Origin: an uncultured bacterium
Lineage (GTDB): Bacteria; Acidobacteriota; HRBIN11; JAKEFK01
Assembly: GCA_963777505.1 (NCBI GenBank)
Contig: CAVZQN010000007.1
Span: 96,001 to 160,000 of the forward strand
Direction of reading: 5' to 3'
Length of the DNA: 64,000 nt
Shown: positions 50,316 through 61,027 of the stretch, piece by piece
How the letters are laid out: every line of letters starts with the position of its first letter
Numbering within the stretch: position 1 is the stretch's first letter
Program-made: the position numbers and the translations under genes
The notes under the pieces: generated by a model
Told to the model about the DNA's origin: nothing
Databases searched by the model: none
What the model saw: only the letters and a program-made list of their open reading frames with translations

Positions 50316-50869
50316 CGAATAGATCCTCCGGCTTCAATTGAAGTTCTTTTGCGATCCGGACGACTTCCGTTTTCAGCGTACGCTGAAGGTATTGCACCCG
50401 CATGACTTTTATCTCCAGTATTTCGGATATTTCTTTTGCTGAATATCCTTGCGATGTGAGCTCAAAAATGGTCCGCATTGGAGGCGGGCCTCTTTCCGCC
50501 AGATAACGCCAGCAGCAGTTTTTCTCGATTTTGTGCTTGAGGCGTTTCGATTCCAGACTTCCCTTCGATGCTCACATCTTCTGCATCTATATGGATATAC
50601 GATTTCCGCTGCTTCCTTTTGCGAAGTTCATCATGGGCTCGAAAGGAAGCCTTGCGTACCATCCATGAAATCAAAGGGACGCCTCGTGAAGGATCGAATT
50701 TTGCTCCACCCTGGGAAAGTTCTTCTAACAAAGCCTGACTCGCAATTTCTTGCGCATCTGCCTGATTGAATCCGTACTTGTGCATTATGTACGAAACCAT
50801 GACGCCATAGGATTCATACAATTTGCCAATGTCCTCGTCCATCATCCAGTAGAGATTATATTTCACCAC
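50305..50869 (-). CDS. Sigma-70/ECF family sigma factor; frameshift near 50500
   Basis: Region 2 DAQEIASQAL...FDPSRG...SWM; region 4 IFELTSQGYSAKEISEIL in the shifted frame ending at 50305. Confidence 0.75.
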
Positions 50870-50930
50870 CGATTAGTTCGGATGTATTTTTTCTAATGAA
50901 TGAGCCTCTTAGTAACTTAGGAGGATCGAA

Positions 50931-51758
50931 GTGAAAAGATATTCTCGGATAGGAGTGCTACTGTTCGTTGCTACATTTGTTCTTTTAGCCGCTAATTTCG
51001 TTTATGCAGATAAGGAAGACCGTCTTTACGATTTTACGGACAATTACTACAAGATCAATGGAATCGACCCCGCCAAAATTCAAGGCCGGCGAAATGGAAT
51101 TGATGGTTTATCTGTTTTTGATACGCCTTTTTTCGCTTTTCAACGAAATGTGCGCGCCATTTTTACGCTTCCCGCATACAAACACAATGGTGATTTGGAA
51201 TACTGGTCGGTAATGGGCGATGTTTTCGTTGATGGTTTCACAAACAACGCAGCCGGACGCAAAGCAAAACAAATTGCGGACCGTGCAATCCTTTATGTTT
51301 TTCCAACCCGTGATGGTGACCCTATAGGACTCGGCAATAATAGACAGGCCGATATTATGGATATGCGTAATGGGTACTTCAGCGGAAACCCATTGGGACT
51401 TTGGCTCCATGTGTGGATTCGTTATACGGATAAAGCATTCAATACTTCCAAAGGTCGAAAAATGCTTGACGATCTCGCAAAAAATAATGGGCTGGCTCTT
51501 GATGGAACTCCCATTATCAGAACCTTAAGCGAACTCGAGAATTTGCTTCAAAATGGATTTGCAGCAAAACGTTTCCGGAATCCAAATGGGTCAGAAGGAC
51601 CAATGTATGGTATTTGTCCGGTTATTGAAGATCCGACAGATGGCGGCATCGCACCAGATGCATTTCTAATAACTGTACGGAAAGCAGATGGTACTCCGCT
51701 TGAGCGTGAGTTTGTGGTGAATTTCGATAGCCTGCAAAAAACCGGCGATTGGGATTAG
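50931..51758 (+). CDS. Secreted hypothetical protein
   Basis: AGGAGG RBS; Sec signal ending VYA. Confidence 0.8.
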   Translation: MKRYSRIGVLLFVATFVLLAANFVYADKEDRLYDFTDNYYKINGIDPAKIQGRRNGIDGLSVFDTPFFAFQRNVRAIFTLPAYKHNGDLEYWSVMGDVFVDGFTNNAAGRKAKQIADRAILYVFPTRDGDPIGLGNNRQADIMDMRNGYFSGNPLGLWLHVWIRYTDKAFNTSKGRKMLDDLAKNNGLALDGTPIIRTLSELENLLQNGFAAKRFRNPNGSEGPMYGICPVIEDPTDGGIAPDAFLITVRKADGTPLEREFVVNFDSLQKTGDWD

Positions 51759-51909
51759 TTCTCGCTTAGTAATACGTCGCTTGTCATGGGGTTGAAAAAT
51801 CTCAAGACAAGCGATGCCTCTTGCCCCCGCATGAACAATGCATCTGAAGCCTGGCCATATCCAACTCTTCCCTTTTCTTATTCTTGACAGTTCATAATAT
51901 ATTGTTGAT

Positions 51910-52462
51910 ATGCAGATCAAGCGTCTGGAGCCAAGCTCCATTCAACAAAAGTCAACAACAGAAAACACAGAAACGAACTCTTCATCCTCAGTCAATTTGA
52001 ACTCCGGAGTTGGCAACATAAAAGATGGTTTTGAACCACTAAAAGTAGATGAAGGATCAACGAGACCCTTAAAGCTCAATTTTGTAAAACAGCAAATGAC
52101 TGCTTATATGAGTTCGAAAATAGCCACAAAGCGCAAACGATCCGATGTTTGCTGTCATGGACGAGTACTTAAAAATGAATGACAATGAAATTGGTTCGGC
52201 TCACGGCTCACGTGATATTTTTCAAACAGTAGATACCGACGCAACGTCTGAGCTTACACTTGGCCAAACCTCCCGCCTGAATCGAGGAAACGCAAGAAAC
52301 CACGTTGATACGCAAGGCAAACCATTAAACGAACTAAAACAATCCGCAAGCGACATCAAAGAAACGCTACTTCAGAATGCCGGCCTTGATGAAGACAAAA
52401 AGAACGTAATGAACCGTTATGAAAGAATTTCTTTGTGGATCAGAGCCCGAGAAGACGATTAG
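51910..52462 (+). CDS. Hypothetical effector-like protein; frameshift near 52140
   Basis: S/T-rich N-terminus with DGFE; overlapping ORFs 51910..52182 and 52145..52462. Confidence 0.6.
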
Positions 52463-52542
52463 ACAGAGAGAAAAGATAGTGTGGTTGGAAACTACTAATC
52501 ACCGGGTTTAGGAAAGCGCCGTAACTCCGTGGTAACTTTATC

Positions 52543-55479
52543 TTGATGCAAAAGGCGACAATCCTTTTGATTCACTTCTTGCTCTACTGCAGTTCTACCT
52601 TTGCCCTGGATCCGAACAAAGCCATTACTCAATATGTACGCGATTCCTGGCAAGTCGAAAATGGTCTTCCACAAAACTCCGCCATGTGCATTTTACAAAC
52701 ACGCGATGGTTATCTCTGGATTGGAACAGAAGAAGGGCTCGCGCGTTTTGATGGCGTCCGCTTTAAGGTGTTCGACAAATCAAACACTAAAGAAATCGAA
52801 GAAAATTGGATGAATGGTCTCGCGCAAGACCGCAATGGAACACTCTGGATTGGGACTGATGGTGGTGGGTTGCTGCGCTACAAAGCGGGCAAGTTTGAAC
52901 GTTTTATGCCTAAAGAAATTCATCCAAGGGTTTGGCCAATTTATGAAGATCGCAAAGGAACTTTGTGGGTTGGCACTCTTGGAGGCGGACTCTTCCAGGT
53001 TAAAAACGAAAAGATTCTCCGCAAATACAAAGTCAACGATGGACTCTCCAGCAATGCAATCTGGTCAATTCTGGAAGATAAGAAAGGAAACCTTTGGATT
53101 GGAACAGCGAAAGGTCTAGATCTTTTGAAAAATGGAAAGTTTGTTCAGTATGCACCGATTGAACGAGTCGCTGCACTCAATGAAGACCGCGAAGGAAATT
53201 TATGGGTTGGGAGTGGCAATGGCGGGCTCTGGCGTTTTCGTGATGGCAAATCGGTGATGTTCTCAACAAAGGATGGATTAATTAACAACATCATTGGCAG
53301 CATTTTAGAAGATCGCGCCGGAAACGTTTGGATTGGTACAAACGGAGGCGGCTTGAGCCGGTGGAAAGATGGTTTATTCGAATCGTTTCAACTCACAACC
53401 GGCGATCAGAATTTTGCACTTCATGAAGATCGAGAAGGAAGCCTCTGGATTGGATTAGTTCCAGGAGGTTTGCACCGGCTGGCGGATGGCGCTTTTGTGA
53501 GTTTCGGAATCGAAGAAGGACTTCCGGATGATCATGTTTTTTCTGTTCATGAAGGTAAACAAGAAGGCGTTTGGATTGGAACAAGTGGCGGTGTAGCGCA
53601 GAAACAAAAAGACGGCAGCTGGATCAAATATTCCAAGTTGAATGGTCTTTCCAGCAATTCGATTAGTGCCGTGTTCGAAGATACTGAAGGATTTCTGTGG
53701 GTAGGCACTTATGATTCGGGATTGAACCGCTGCAAGAATGGAAAATGCATTCAGTTCACAAGACAATCCAGTTCGAGTGTGGAACCTGAGAATCCGATCT
53801 GGTCTCTTCAAGAGGATCGAGATGGAGGAATGTGGATTGGTACAAATGGAGCGGGAGTTTCTTCGCTCAAGAATGGAAAATTTACTGACTATTCTACTTC
53901 GCAAGGACTTTCCGATATTGATGTGCACGCAATCGTTCAAGATGATGATGGCAGTCTTTGGTTTGGAACAGAAGGTGGCGGGCTGAATCATCTGAGCAAT
54001 GGTAAATTTCGCGTTTACACGAGTCGTGATGGACTTTCAAATGATCGGATTCTCAGCCTTTATAAAGATGCTGAAGGAAATTTGTGGATAGGCACGCGCG
54101 AGGGCTTGAATCGTCATTACAAAGGGAAATTTACTCAGTACAGAAAAAAAGACGGCCTGTTTGACGATCTTATTCATGGGGTTCGTGAAGACGATCAAGG
54201 AAACTTATGGATGACCTGCAATCGTGGTGTTTTCAGGGTTAGCAAAAAAGAGTTAAACGATTTCGCATTGGGAAACATCACTTCTATACGTTCTATTGTT
54301 TATGGAAAACCGGATGGCTTAAGAACATCCGAGTGTATCGGAGCAAATCAGCCGGGACTTTGGAAATCGCATGATGGCAAGTTGTGGGTTCCAACGATCC
54401 GCGGAGTCGGCGTTGTTGATCCTTCTCAACTGATGGCTAATAAAGTTAAACCTCCTGTTTATATTGAAGACATTTTGATTGATGATGTTCCGTTCATTAG
54501 GACAAAAGGCTCAGGCAATTGAATTTTCGCCAGGAAAGAAGAAATTTGAATTTCGTTACACCTCTCTCAGTTTATTAATTCCGCAAAGAGTAAAATTTCG
54601 CTACAAGCTGGTGGGTTTTGATCAAGATTGGGTAGAAGCCGGCACAAGGCGAGTCGCCTATTACACTGGACTCACTCCGGGTCACTATCGTTTCAGTGTG
54701 ATAGCCAGCAATAACGATGGACTTTGGAATGAGACTGGCGATTCACTTGGTTTTTATTTAAAGCCATATTTTTATCAGACCTTCTGGTTTTACTTATTGT
54801 GCGCCATCGGTCTTTCTTTGGTAGCGGCTGCGATCTACCGTTTCCGGATCAAGAAAATCAAAGCGGAATTCGATGCAGTGCTGGCTGAACGTACACGGAT
54901 TGCGCGAGAAATTCATGATACTCTCGCGCAGGGTTTATCTGGAATTGTTTTGCAGCTTGATGCTGCACAAGAAGTCAAAAGTCAGAAAGAATCCAATTAT
55001 CATTTTTCAAAAGCCCAGGATCTTGCAAGAAGCAGTTTGAAAGAAGCCCGTCGAACAATCTGGGCATTGCGACCACAAGAGCTGGAATCATCTGGATTAC
55101 CAACTGCAATTTCGGAAACTGCAAAAAGAATCATTGCTGATAGCGATCTGCAATTTCAAATGAATGTGATCGGAGAACCGCGCAAACTTTCACCGCAAGT
55201 AGAGGAACAACTTCTTCGCATTTCACAAGAAGCCATCACAAACGTTATGAAGCATGCCCGCGCAAAAGCTCTTTGGGTCGGAAGTGAAGTATGAATCAAA
55301 CAAGATCGAGTTGTTGGTGCGGGATGATGGTGTCGGATTCAATCCGGATACCGCTTCGACAGATGGGCATTTTGGATTGACTGGCATCAAAGAACGCGTG
55401 CATCAAATCAAAGGAGCACTCCGCATTCAGAGTCAACCGGAAACAGGAACCGAACTACTTCGTTTCTGTGTCTTTGTAG
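52543..55479 (+). CDS. Beta-propeller (Reg_prop/Y_Y_Y) sensor histidine kinase, HisKA_3; frameshifts near 54500, 55270 and probably 55460
   Basis: LWIGT repeats, YYTGLTPGHY, RIAREIHDTLAQGL, DDGVGF. Confidence 0.9.
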
Positions 55480-55498
55480 GGGCGGGTAAAAATACGTA

Positions 55499-56122
55499 CT
55501 ACTCCAAATGTATAATACCGCGTTGAAGCGCAGCCGTTGCAGCTTGAGTTCGATCGCTGACACCGAGCTTGATCAAGACATTGCTAACGTATCCTTTTAT
55601 TGTTCCTTCGGTTGTATGAAGTTGAGCAGCAATTTCCTTATTGGATAGACCATTCACAATTAGTTTCAGGACATCCGATTCGCGAGTGGTCAGATCAGAA
55701 GATGGAATGCGAGCAGCCAAACGTTCAGCAATTTCCGATGGAATTTTTCGCTCTCCCGCATGAACAGCACGGATCGTTTCTAATAAAACTTTTGTCGGTG
55801 ATTCTTTTTGGAGATAGGCACGAGCGCCGCCATGAAGCGCACGATAAATATCTTCCTCACCATGAAACGATGTCATGACAATGATTCGCGCGTCGCGAAA
55901 CGTTTTGCGAATCTCCCCTATCGCATCCTGTCCACTCATTTTTGGCATCACCAAATCCAACAACAAAACATCCGGCCTGTTCAATCGGTAAGCTTCAACC
56001 GCTTCCACTCCATTTTCCGCCGCCGCAACGACAAGCATGTCCGGTTGTGCATTGATGATCGCGATCAATCCTTCACGCACAACCGGATGATCATCGGCTA
56101 CAACTATTCGAATTGGTTCCAT
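55499..56122 (-). CDS. NarL/FixJ-family response regulator
   Basis: ADDHPVVREG, LLDLVMP, LuxR HTH. Confidence 0.95.
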   Translation of the reverse strand: MEPIRIVVADDHPVVREGLIAIINAQPDMLVVAAAENGVEAVEAYRLNRPDVLLLDLVMPKMSGQDAIGEIRKTFRDARIIVMTSFHGEEDIYRALHGGARAYLQKESPTKVLLETIRAVHAGERKIPSEIAERLAARIPSSDLTTRESDVLKLIVNGLSNKEIAAQLHTTEGTIKGYVSNVLIKLGVSDRTQAATAALQRGIIHLE

Positions 56123-56362
56123 CGGTCCTTGTCCTCAGTTTATTTAGGATAGGCCCCTAAAAGCGATTCCCTGAGTAGCTATGGTTAGCTATTTTTACCT
56201 AACTTTCGTCTATCTTTGACGTGCTTGCCTTGAACGCTTCTTCAGGTAATACTTGGAAAGAAGACAAATCCTTTTTCAAACGATTTTTACTCTGTGGAGT
56301 AAAAATACTCGTAAACAACCAACCAGAACAAACAGGTAAAGACAATTCTTATCAGGAGGAAC

Positions 56363-56827
56363 ATGCCTACAAAGAAAATCGCGACCTGGGTCTGGATCGT
56401 GGTGTGCACAATCTTTATTGCCGCTCCGGTACTGGCTGCGGATCAGTCGGATCTTGCGGGCCGCGCCGCAACATGGGAGAAAGAGTACAACGCAAATAAC
56501 CTGGATGCTGTTGCGGCAATGTACGCGGCAGATGGCTGTCGTATGCCACCAAACCAGGAAACCGCCCGGAATTCAGAAGGAATCCTGGCACAGCTTAAGG
56601 CCGGTAAAGAACAAGGCGTAACGAAGGTCAAAATTACTGTGACTTCTAGCGAAACCATGGGCGAGATGGGATGGGGCACAGGCACATACGAAATCATAGG
56701 CGCTGATGGTACGAAAGTAGACAGCGGCAAGTGGATGAATGTGTCGAAGAATGTAAAAGGAACCTGGAAAATGCAGTGCGATATCTGGAATTCTAACATG
56801 CCTCTTCCGACCAGCCCGAAAAAATAG
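56363..56827 (+). CDS. Exported SnoaL-like/DUF4440 (NTF2 fold) protein
   Basis: Signal peptide; AVAAMYAADG..MPPN; DSGKW...WKMQCDIWN. Confidence 0.85.
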   Translation: MPTKKIATWVWIVVCTIFIAAPVLAADQSDLAGRAATWEKEYNANNLDAVAAMYAADGCRMPPNQETARNSEGILAQLKAGKEQGVTKVKITVTSSETMGEMGWGTGTYEIIGADGTKVDSGKWMNVSKNVKGTWKMQCDIWNSNMPLPTSPKK

Positions 56828-56960
56828 CATTTCATCTTTGCACCCATGAAGCTTTTACGCCTCATGGGTGTGTCCCCTATGCCCCCGGCATCATAGGTTT
56901 TTCCCGCAGCAGCCGGGGGGTGAATCAATTCTCAAGAATCTTCGGCCCGCCACTTATCTG

Positions 56961-57977
56961 CTAATCGCCGACTTGAACCAGGGTGTATCCAATGTCATTT
57001 TTGTTTGCGATGTCTTCCGGAAAGGATTCCAAAAATCGATTCCAGTCCTCTTTGTGGATCGTCTGACATCCCGCGCTGCCGGTTTCGCTGTTATACCCGG
57101 TATGGATCAGAATCGTTTTTCCTGATTTTTTATCATCGTGACCATCGTTGAAAAAGCCATCGCCATTCAGATCGCGCTCAACAGGAACGTCTTCTGTGGG
57201 TCTCAAAGCCGGCTCTTGTTTCGTTCCATCTTTTGTTTCCACGTCACGTGTGCTCACTTCATACTTGTAAAATCCAGGCAGGAGACGTCCGCCATCCCTG
57301 TTTCCATCCTTGTTTACATCCTGCGAAGATGTTTCTGTAAATTTGCGGGCAGGATCCACAGTTGCTTTTTTGAATTCTTCGACCCTTTTTGTTCCGTCTT
57401 TTTCCTGCCATAAAACGGCGAGCGTATCATCATACACACCTTTGGAATTCAACGTTTTCGGGTCAAGTTTGCCTGCGTCGATTGCTGTCGGATTACGGAT
57501 CCCTACGATATTACGGGCTCCCGCTTCTGAATTAAATGTACCACCGCCAAGCTCAGTTAGGTTTTTGTAGTGATCAAACTTCTGGCTTTCCGTCATCTTT
57601 GTCGTGTCAACTTTGGCGACGTCCTGTGCACTTGAAGGCGGCGCGGGCAGTTCACATTCTCCGGTGGAAACTTCCTTTGAAGCCGTTCCTTTCGACCCCG
57701 GATGCTGAGGAATGCCTTCATATATATTGTCGCGAAATGATTTTCCGGTCTCTAAGGCGCGATTGAGAGAATCTTTCATCATCTCCGCTCCCATTTCCAT
57801 ATACCCTTTTTGTTCAGTAGCAGGAGCCGAAGCATTCGCCGGCTGTCCCGTTACTTCGCTGGATGATGTCGATGGGGTCTCGCACGTCTCCGCTGACACT
57901 TGTGTGTTCTCTGGAGTTGACGTTTGTGAAACAGTATCTGTTCTTGCAAAAGAACTTTTTGATGTCTGAGGTATCAT
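56961..57977 (-). CDS. Effector-like protein with C-terminal L,D-transpeptidase-like motif
   Basis: S/T-rich N-terminus; ILIHTG...GSAGCQTI; DxNxDG loops. Confidence 0.7.
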   Translation of the reverse strand: MIPQTSKSSFARTDTVSQTSTPENTQVSAETCETPSTSSSEVTGQPANASAPATEQKGYMEMGAEMMKDSLNRALETGKSFRDNIYEGIPQHPGSKGTASKEVSTGECELPAPPSSAQDVAKVDTTKMTESQKFDHYKNLTELGGGTFNSEAGARNIVGIRNPTAIDAGKLDPKTLNSKGVYDDTLAVLWQEKDGTKRVEEFKKATVDPARKFTETSSQDVNKDGNRDGGRLLPGFYKYEVSTRDVETKDGTKQEPALRPTEDVPVERDLNGDGFFNDGHDDKKSGKTILIHTGYNSETGSAGCQTIHKEDWNRFLESFPEDIANKNDIGYTLVQVGD

Positions 57978-58273
57978 GTAGCACTTCTCCAAACTAATTT
58001 CGATTAGACAGATCAGGCTTAACAAGCCACAATCCCGTCCATTTATTAGTGCGGAAAAATCAAGCGCATGGGATCATCTCCATTTTCAACCGTGGTGGGC
58101 AATTCTCAAATTCATCGTGGCTATACCGGCCGTTCATTCGGTCTATCGATTGTTCACGATACGAAGATTTCTGCGTACGGAAAAAGCAGCCCACGTTCAC
58201 TCCCTTTTCCACCCGTCTTTATTAACGATTGCAGTTGCGCGGTGATATTTTCGCGCATCTTGGAGGAGATAAC

Positions 58274-59689
58274 ATGGGCGATCTAAAAGTATCTGGAAAT
58301 GTTGTACATCAAGGAGCACCGAAAACTGTTGATGAGCAAGTGCTCGATATTACCGAAAGCCGGACAATGCCGCCAGGCAAGAAATTAGATGAATTGGAAA
58401 ACACCTTTAAAAATTTACCCGATGGTGAGAAGAAGGAACTTTACGATCGTTTGAAAACGAAAAATAGACAGGATCCTGTATCCCGTTCATTTCATTACCG
58501 GTTCGCCCATTCAGGAAGCCCGGGGAAACTTTCGGAAGTGGATCGTCTCCTCAATGCGTTAAAGCCAGATCATGCGAAAGTGCCGGACAATCCAGCTGCA
58601 AAAAGCGGTCAACCTCCGAAATCTCCAACGAAGGGTCCATCCCCTAACCCGATCAGCGACAAAACTGCAAGAGCAATCCTGATTGATTTTAAACCGCAAG
58701 CTCAGGAAGCAAAGACCGACTTTGGACCTGAAATTCAGGTCATGTCTAAAGACATCCTTAAAACTCCAGCCGAAAAAGTTCAATACGCCCGCGAACGTTT
58801 AGAAAAAGCGAGCAAAGATGATTTGAGAAAAATTATTACCGAATCACAAAATTGGCCCGAAGACAGCAGACAAATAGTATCTGAAGCAATGGCTGGATCT
58901 ACAAAAGTAATGGGACGTCTCGCAAAAGAATTTACTCCGGTCGAGGCAGAAAAAATTATTGAGCGAGCGAAGTATGATTCCAAAAATGTAGAACCTGATG
59001 CTGTAGCGAAAAATGCAAAAGGTCTTCGGGCGTGGATGGACAATGCTGATCCTGTCGCATTGAATGTTCTTATGAGTAAAAGTTCTATATTGCATTCTGA
59101 GATTGCGGAGCAGGTCAAGGCAAACGATCTTGGAGTGTTTCAAAAATTACCTCCGAGAAACAAAGGCGACATCATTCAATTTGGCGTTATGACGGGATCG
59201 GATATGACGAATGGTCTGCGTTCGATGAGACCCTCTGAAAAGAATTCCACAATGGAACGGCTTCAACAAATGAATTTGACGGATAAATTTGTGAAAGCGA
59301 GCGGAGCGAACATCGATCAGCGCCTCCTGGATGGTATCGATATCGATAAAAAAACAAACTTATTTACTTCAGGTGCCAAGCAAGGCATTGATATGAGCCG
59401 CGGATTTCATGGAATGGATGCGTCAGATAAGAATGCTGTCTTTGATGCACTTCAAGCAAATAATGACACTCAAGTATTTCAGTCCTTTGTTAGAACAACG
59501 GCTCCTAAATTAGACGGTGGATTCTTAAAAGGTCTCAATTCTGAGAATGTTGAATCTTTGCGCAAGACATTACTTTTCCTTGGAGACGCAGCGAAGTTGA
59601 AGAACCAGACCGATCTCGCCATTCTTTACCAAGGTAAGGCGAATTATCTTGAAAACTGGGCTCAAGAAAACTTCAGGCGCCAGAAGTAA
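58274..59689 (+). CDS. Hypothetical effector-like helical protein
   Basis: GGAGG RBS before ATG 58274; P-rich linker; no signal peptide. Confidence 0.75.
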   Translation: MGDLKVSGNVVHQGAPKTVDEQVLDITESRTMPPGKKLDELENTFKNLPDGEKKELYDRLKTKNRQDPVSRSFHYRFAHSGSPGKLSEVDRLLNALKPDHAKVPDNPAAKSGQPPKSPTKGPSPNPISDKTARAILIDFKPQAQEAKTDFGPEIQVMSKDILKTPAEKVQYARERLEKASKDDLRKIITESQNWPEDSRQIVSEAMAGSTKVMGRLAKEFTPVEAEKIIERAKYDSKNVEPDAVAKNAKGLRAWMDNADPVALNVLMSKSSILHSEIAEQVKANDLGVFQKLPPRNKGDIIQFGVMTGSDMTNGLRSMRPSEKNSTMERLQQMNLTDKFVKASGANIDQRLLDGIDIDKKTNLFTSGAKQGIDMSRGFHGMDASDKNAVFDALQANNDTQVFQSFVRTTAPKLDGGFLKGLNSENVESLRKTLLFLGDAAKLKNQTDLAILYQGKANYLENWAQENFRRQK

Positions 59690-59707
59690 TGTTTTTTTGG
59701 ATTCTCG

Positions 59708-60556
59708 CTATTCGTCAATGTTCTTATGAATGATCGGATTAAACGGAATTGCAGCTGGGGCGCTCTCCATCTGAGTCAGATCTTGATTGGATAAACCCTC
59801 TTGCCAAGCTTGTTCGGCAACAATTGCATCTGTAGTCGTCATCGGATCACGAGTCTGAGAAGGCTGAGCTTCTTTCGCTTGCCGCTCCTTTTCTTTCGCA
59901 ATCTGCTCAGAGACGGAATTCATTTCGCTTTGTACTTCTTCCAGCTGTGAATTCAATGACTCGATATTGGTGTCTATTTCTCCGATCTTTCGCTCCAGAT
60001 CAGTCTTGATCTTTTGCAACTTTTGCTTGTATAGAATTTCTAGGCCTACAACACCAGGAATGATGGGCAGGTCAGCAATCATCCCAACAATTCCTATTGG
60101 TTCCAGTAGTTTACGTAGTTCATCAGTAATCGGTAGATTTGAGTTGATCATCTCCATTACTGAGGCAAGGGCTTTTTGAGCTTTTAACTTCTCGCCTTCT
60201 GCAACCTCGATTTGTGATTGAAGGTCTGCGCTTCTTTCATTTAGAGCATTCAAACGGTCCATTAATTGAGGTAAACGATTATCGAGTTGACCTACACTCG
60301 GCTCATAAGAACTAAACAGAGAGGAAGCTTCCACGGTAATATCTCGAGTTTGAGAAGGCTGGATTAAAGATGCACTCTGGGCTTGCTCCTCGAGATAATA
60401 GAAATTCTCAGGAGCAGCCTCAAACTGATCTGCGGTTTTCGCAATACCAAAATTCGGAATTAGTGGAGTCTGAATTTGGACTGGACTTTCAGTTTGCGGA
60501 TTTTGATTCACATCGACTATTACAGAATTTGGCATCCTTCTACTGATGAAACTCAT
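59708..60556 (-). CDS. Coiled-coil protein with central hydrophobic hairpin (translocator-like)
   Basis: GGAGG RBS; DQFE motif; IGIVGMIADLPIIPGVVGLEIL between two coiled coils. Confidence 0.7.
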   Translation of the reverse strand: MSFISRRMPNSVIVDVNQNPQTESPVQIQTPLIPNFGIAKTADQFEAAPENFYYLEEQAQSASLIQPSQTRDITVEASSLFSSYEPSVGQLDNRLPQLMDRLNALNERSADLQSQIEVAEGEKLKAQKALASVMEMINSNLPITDELRKLLEPIGIVGMIADLPIIPGVVGLEILYKQKLQKIKTDLERKIGEIDTNIESLNSQLEEVQSEMNSVSEQIAKEKERQAKEAQPSQTRDPMTTTDAIVAEQAWQEGLSNQDLTQMESAPAAIPFNPIIHKNIDE

Positions 60557-60630
60557 TTGTTCTCCTCCATATTGGTAACGCACAGATTTGCGTTAAACTC
60601 CCCAAAAATTCATGTGCATTTGAATGGTGG

Positions 60631-60870
60631 CTACGGCACCGGTATAGCGCTGTAAGAAACCTGACCGAGGTCATTCATCGATGGGTTGAATCCGATGAAG
60701 ACAAATCCCTTTGCATCTTCGGCAATAGTCGTCAGGGTTCCATCTAACAGATAAGAATAGTTCGGATCAGATGCTGGCTCTGGAAAAGAACCAGATTCAC
60801 TCAGGCAAAATGGAATTTGAATTTGTGGTAACTGAGCCACCCGAAAAAGCCGCATCGATCCCCTCAACAA
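60631..60870 (-). pseudogene. Probable fragment of an NxxGxxAF-type beta-propeller repeat protein
   Basis: LTTIAED...FNPSMNDLGQVSY single repeat unit. Confidence 0.35.
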
Positions 60871-60937
60871 ATGATCGACAGTAATTAGTAGCCTTCCTGA
60901 AAAATCTCAGATCCACAAACTTTTTACGTTAAAGTCA

Positions 60938-60966
60938 TTGACATGGGTTTTAACATGGTTTAATCT
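60938..60966 (+). promoter_or_regulatory. Sigma70 promoter TTGACA-N17-TAATCT overlapped by ACATGG(G)TTT direct repeat
   Basis: Consensus -35, 17-bp spacer. Confidence 0.6.
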
Positions 60967-61027
60967 TCTTATTCTTCTTTCCGGTAACGGAACACCCCGA
61001 TCCTTGTAATCGCAACCCATAAGTAAC

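Noticed and set aside
56850-56925. GC-rich inverted repeats between convergent genes as a riboswitch or MITE
   Set aside because: Position fits a bidirectional terminator or REP-like hairpin; no aptamer or terminal-repeat features were recognised.
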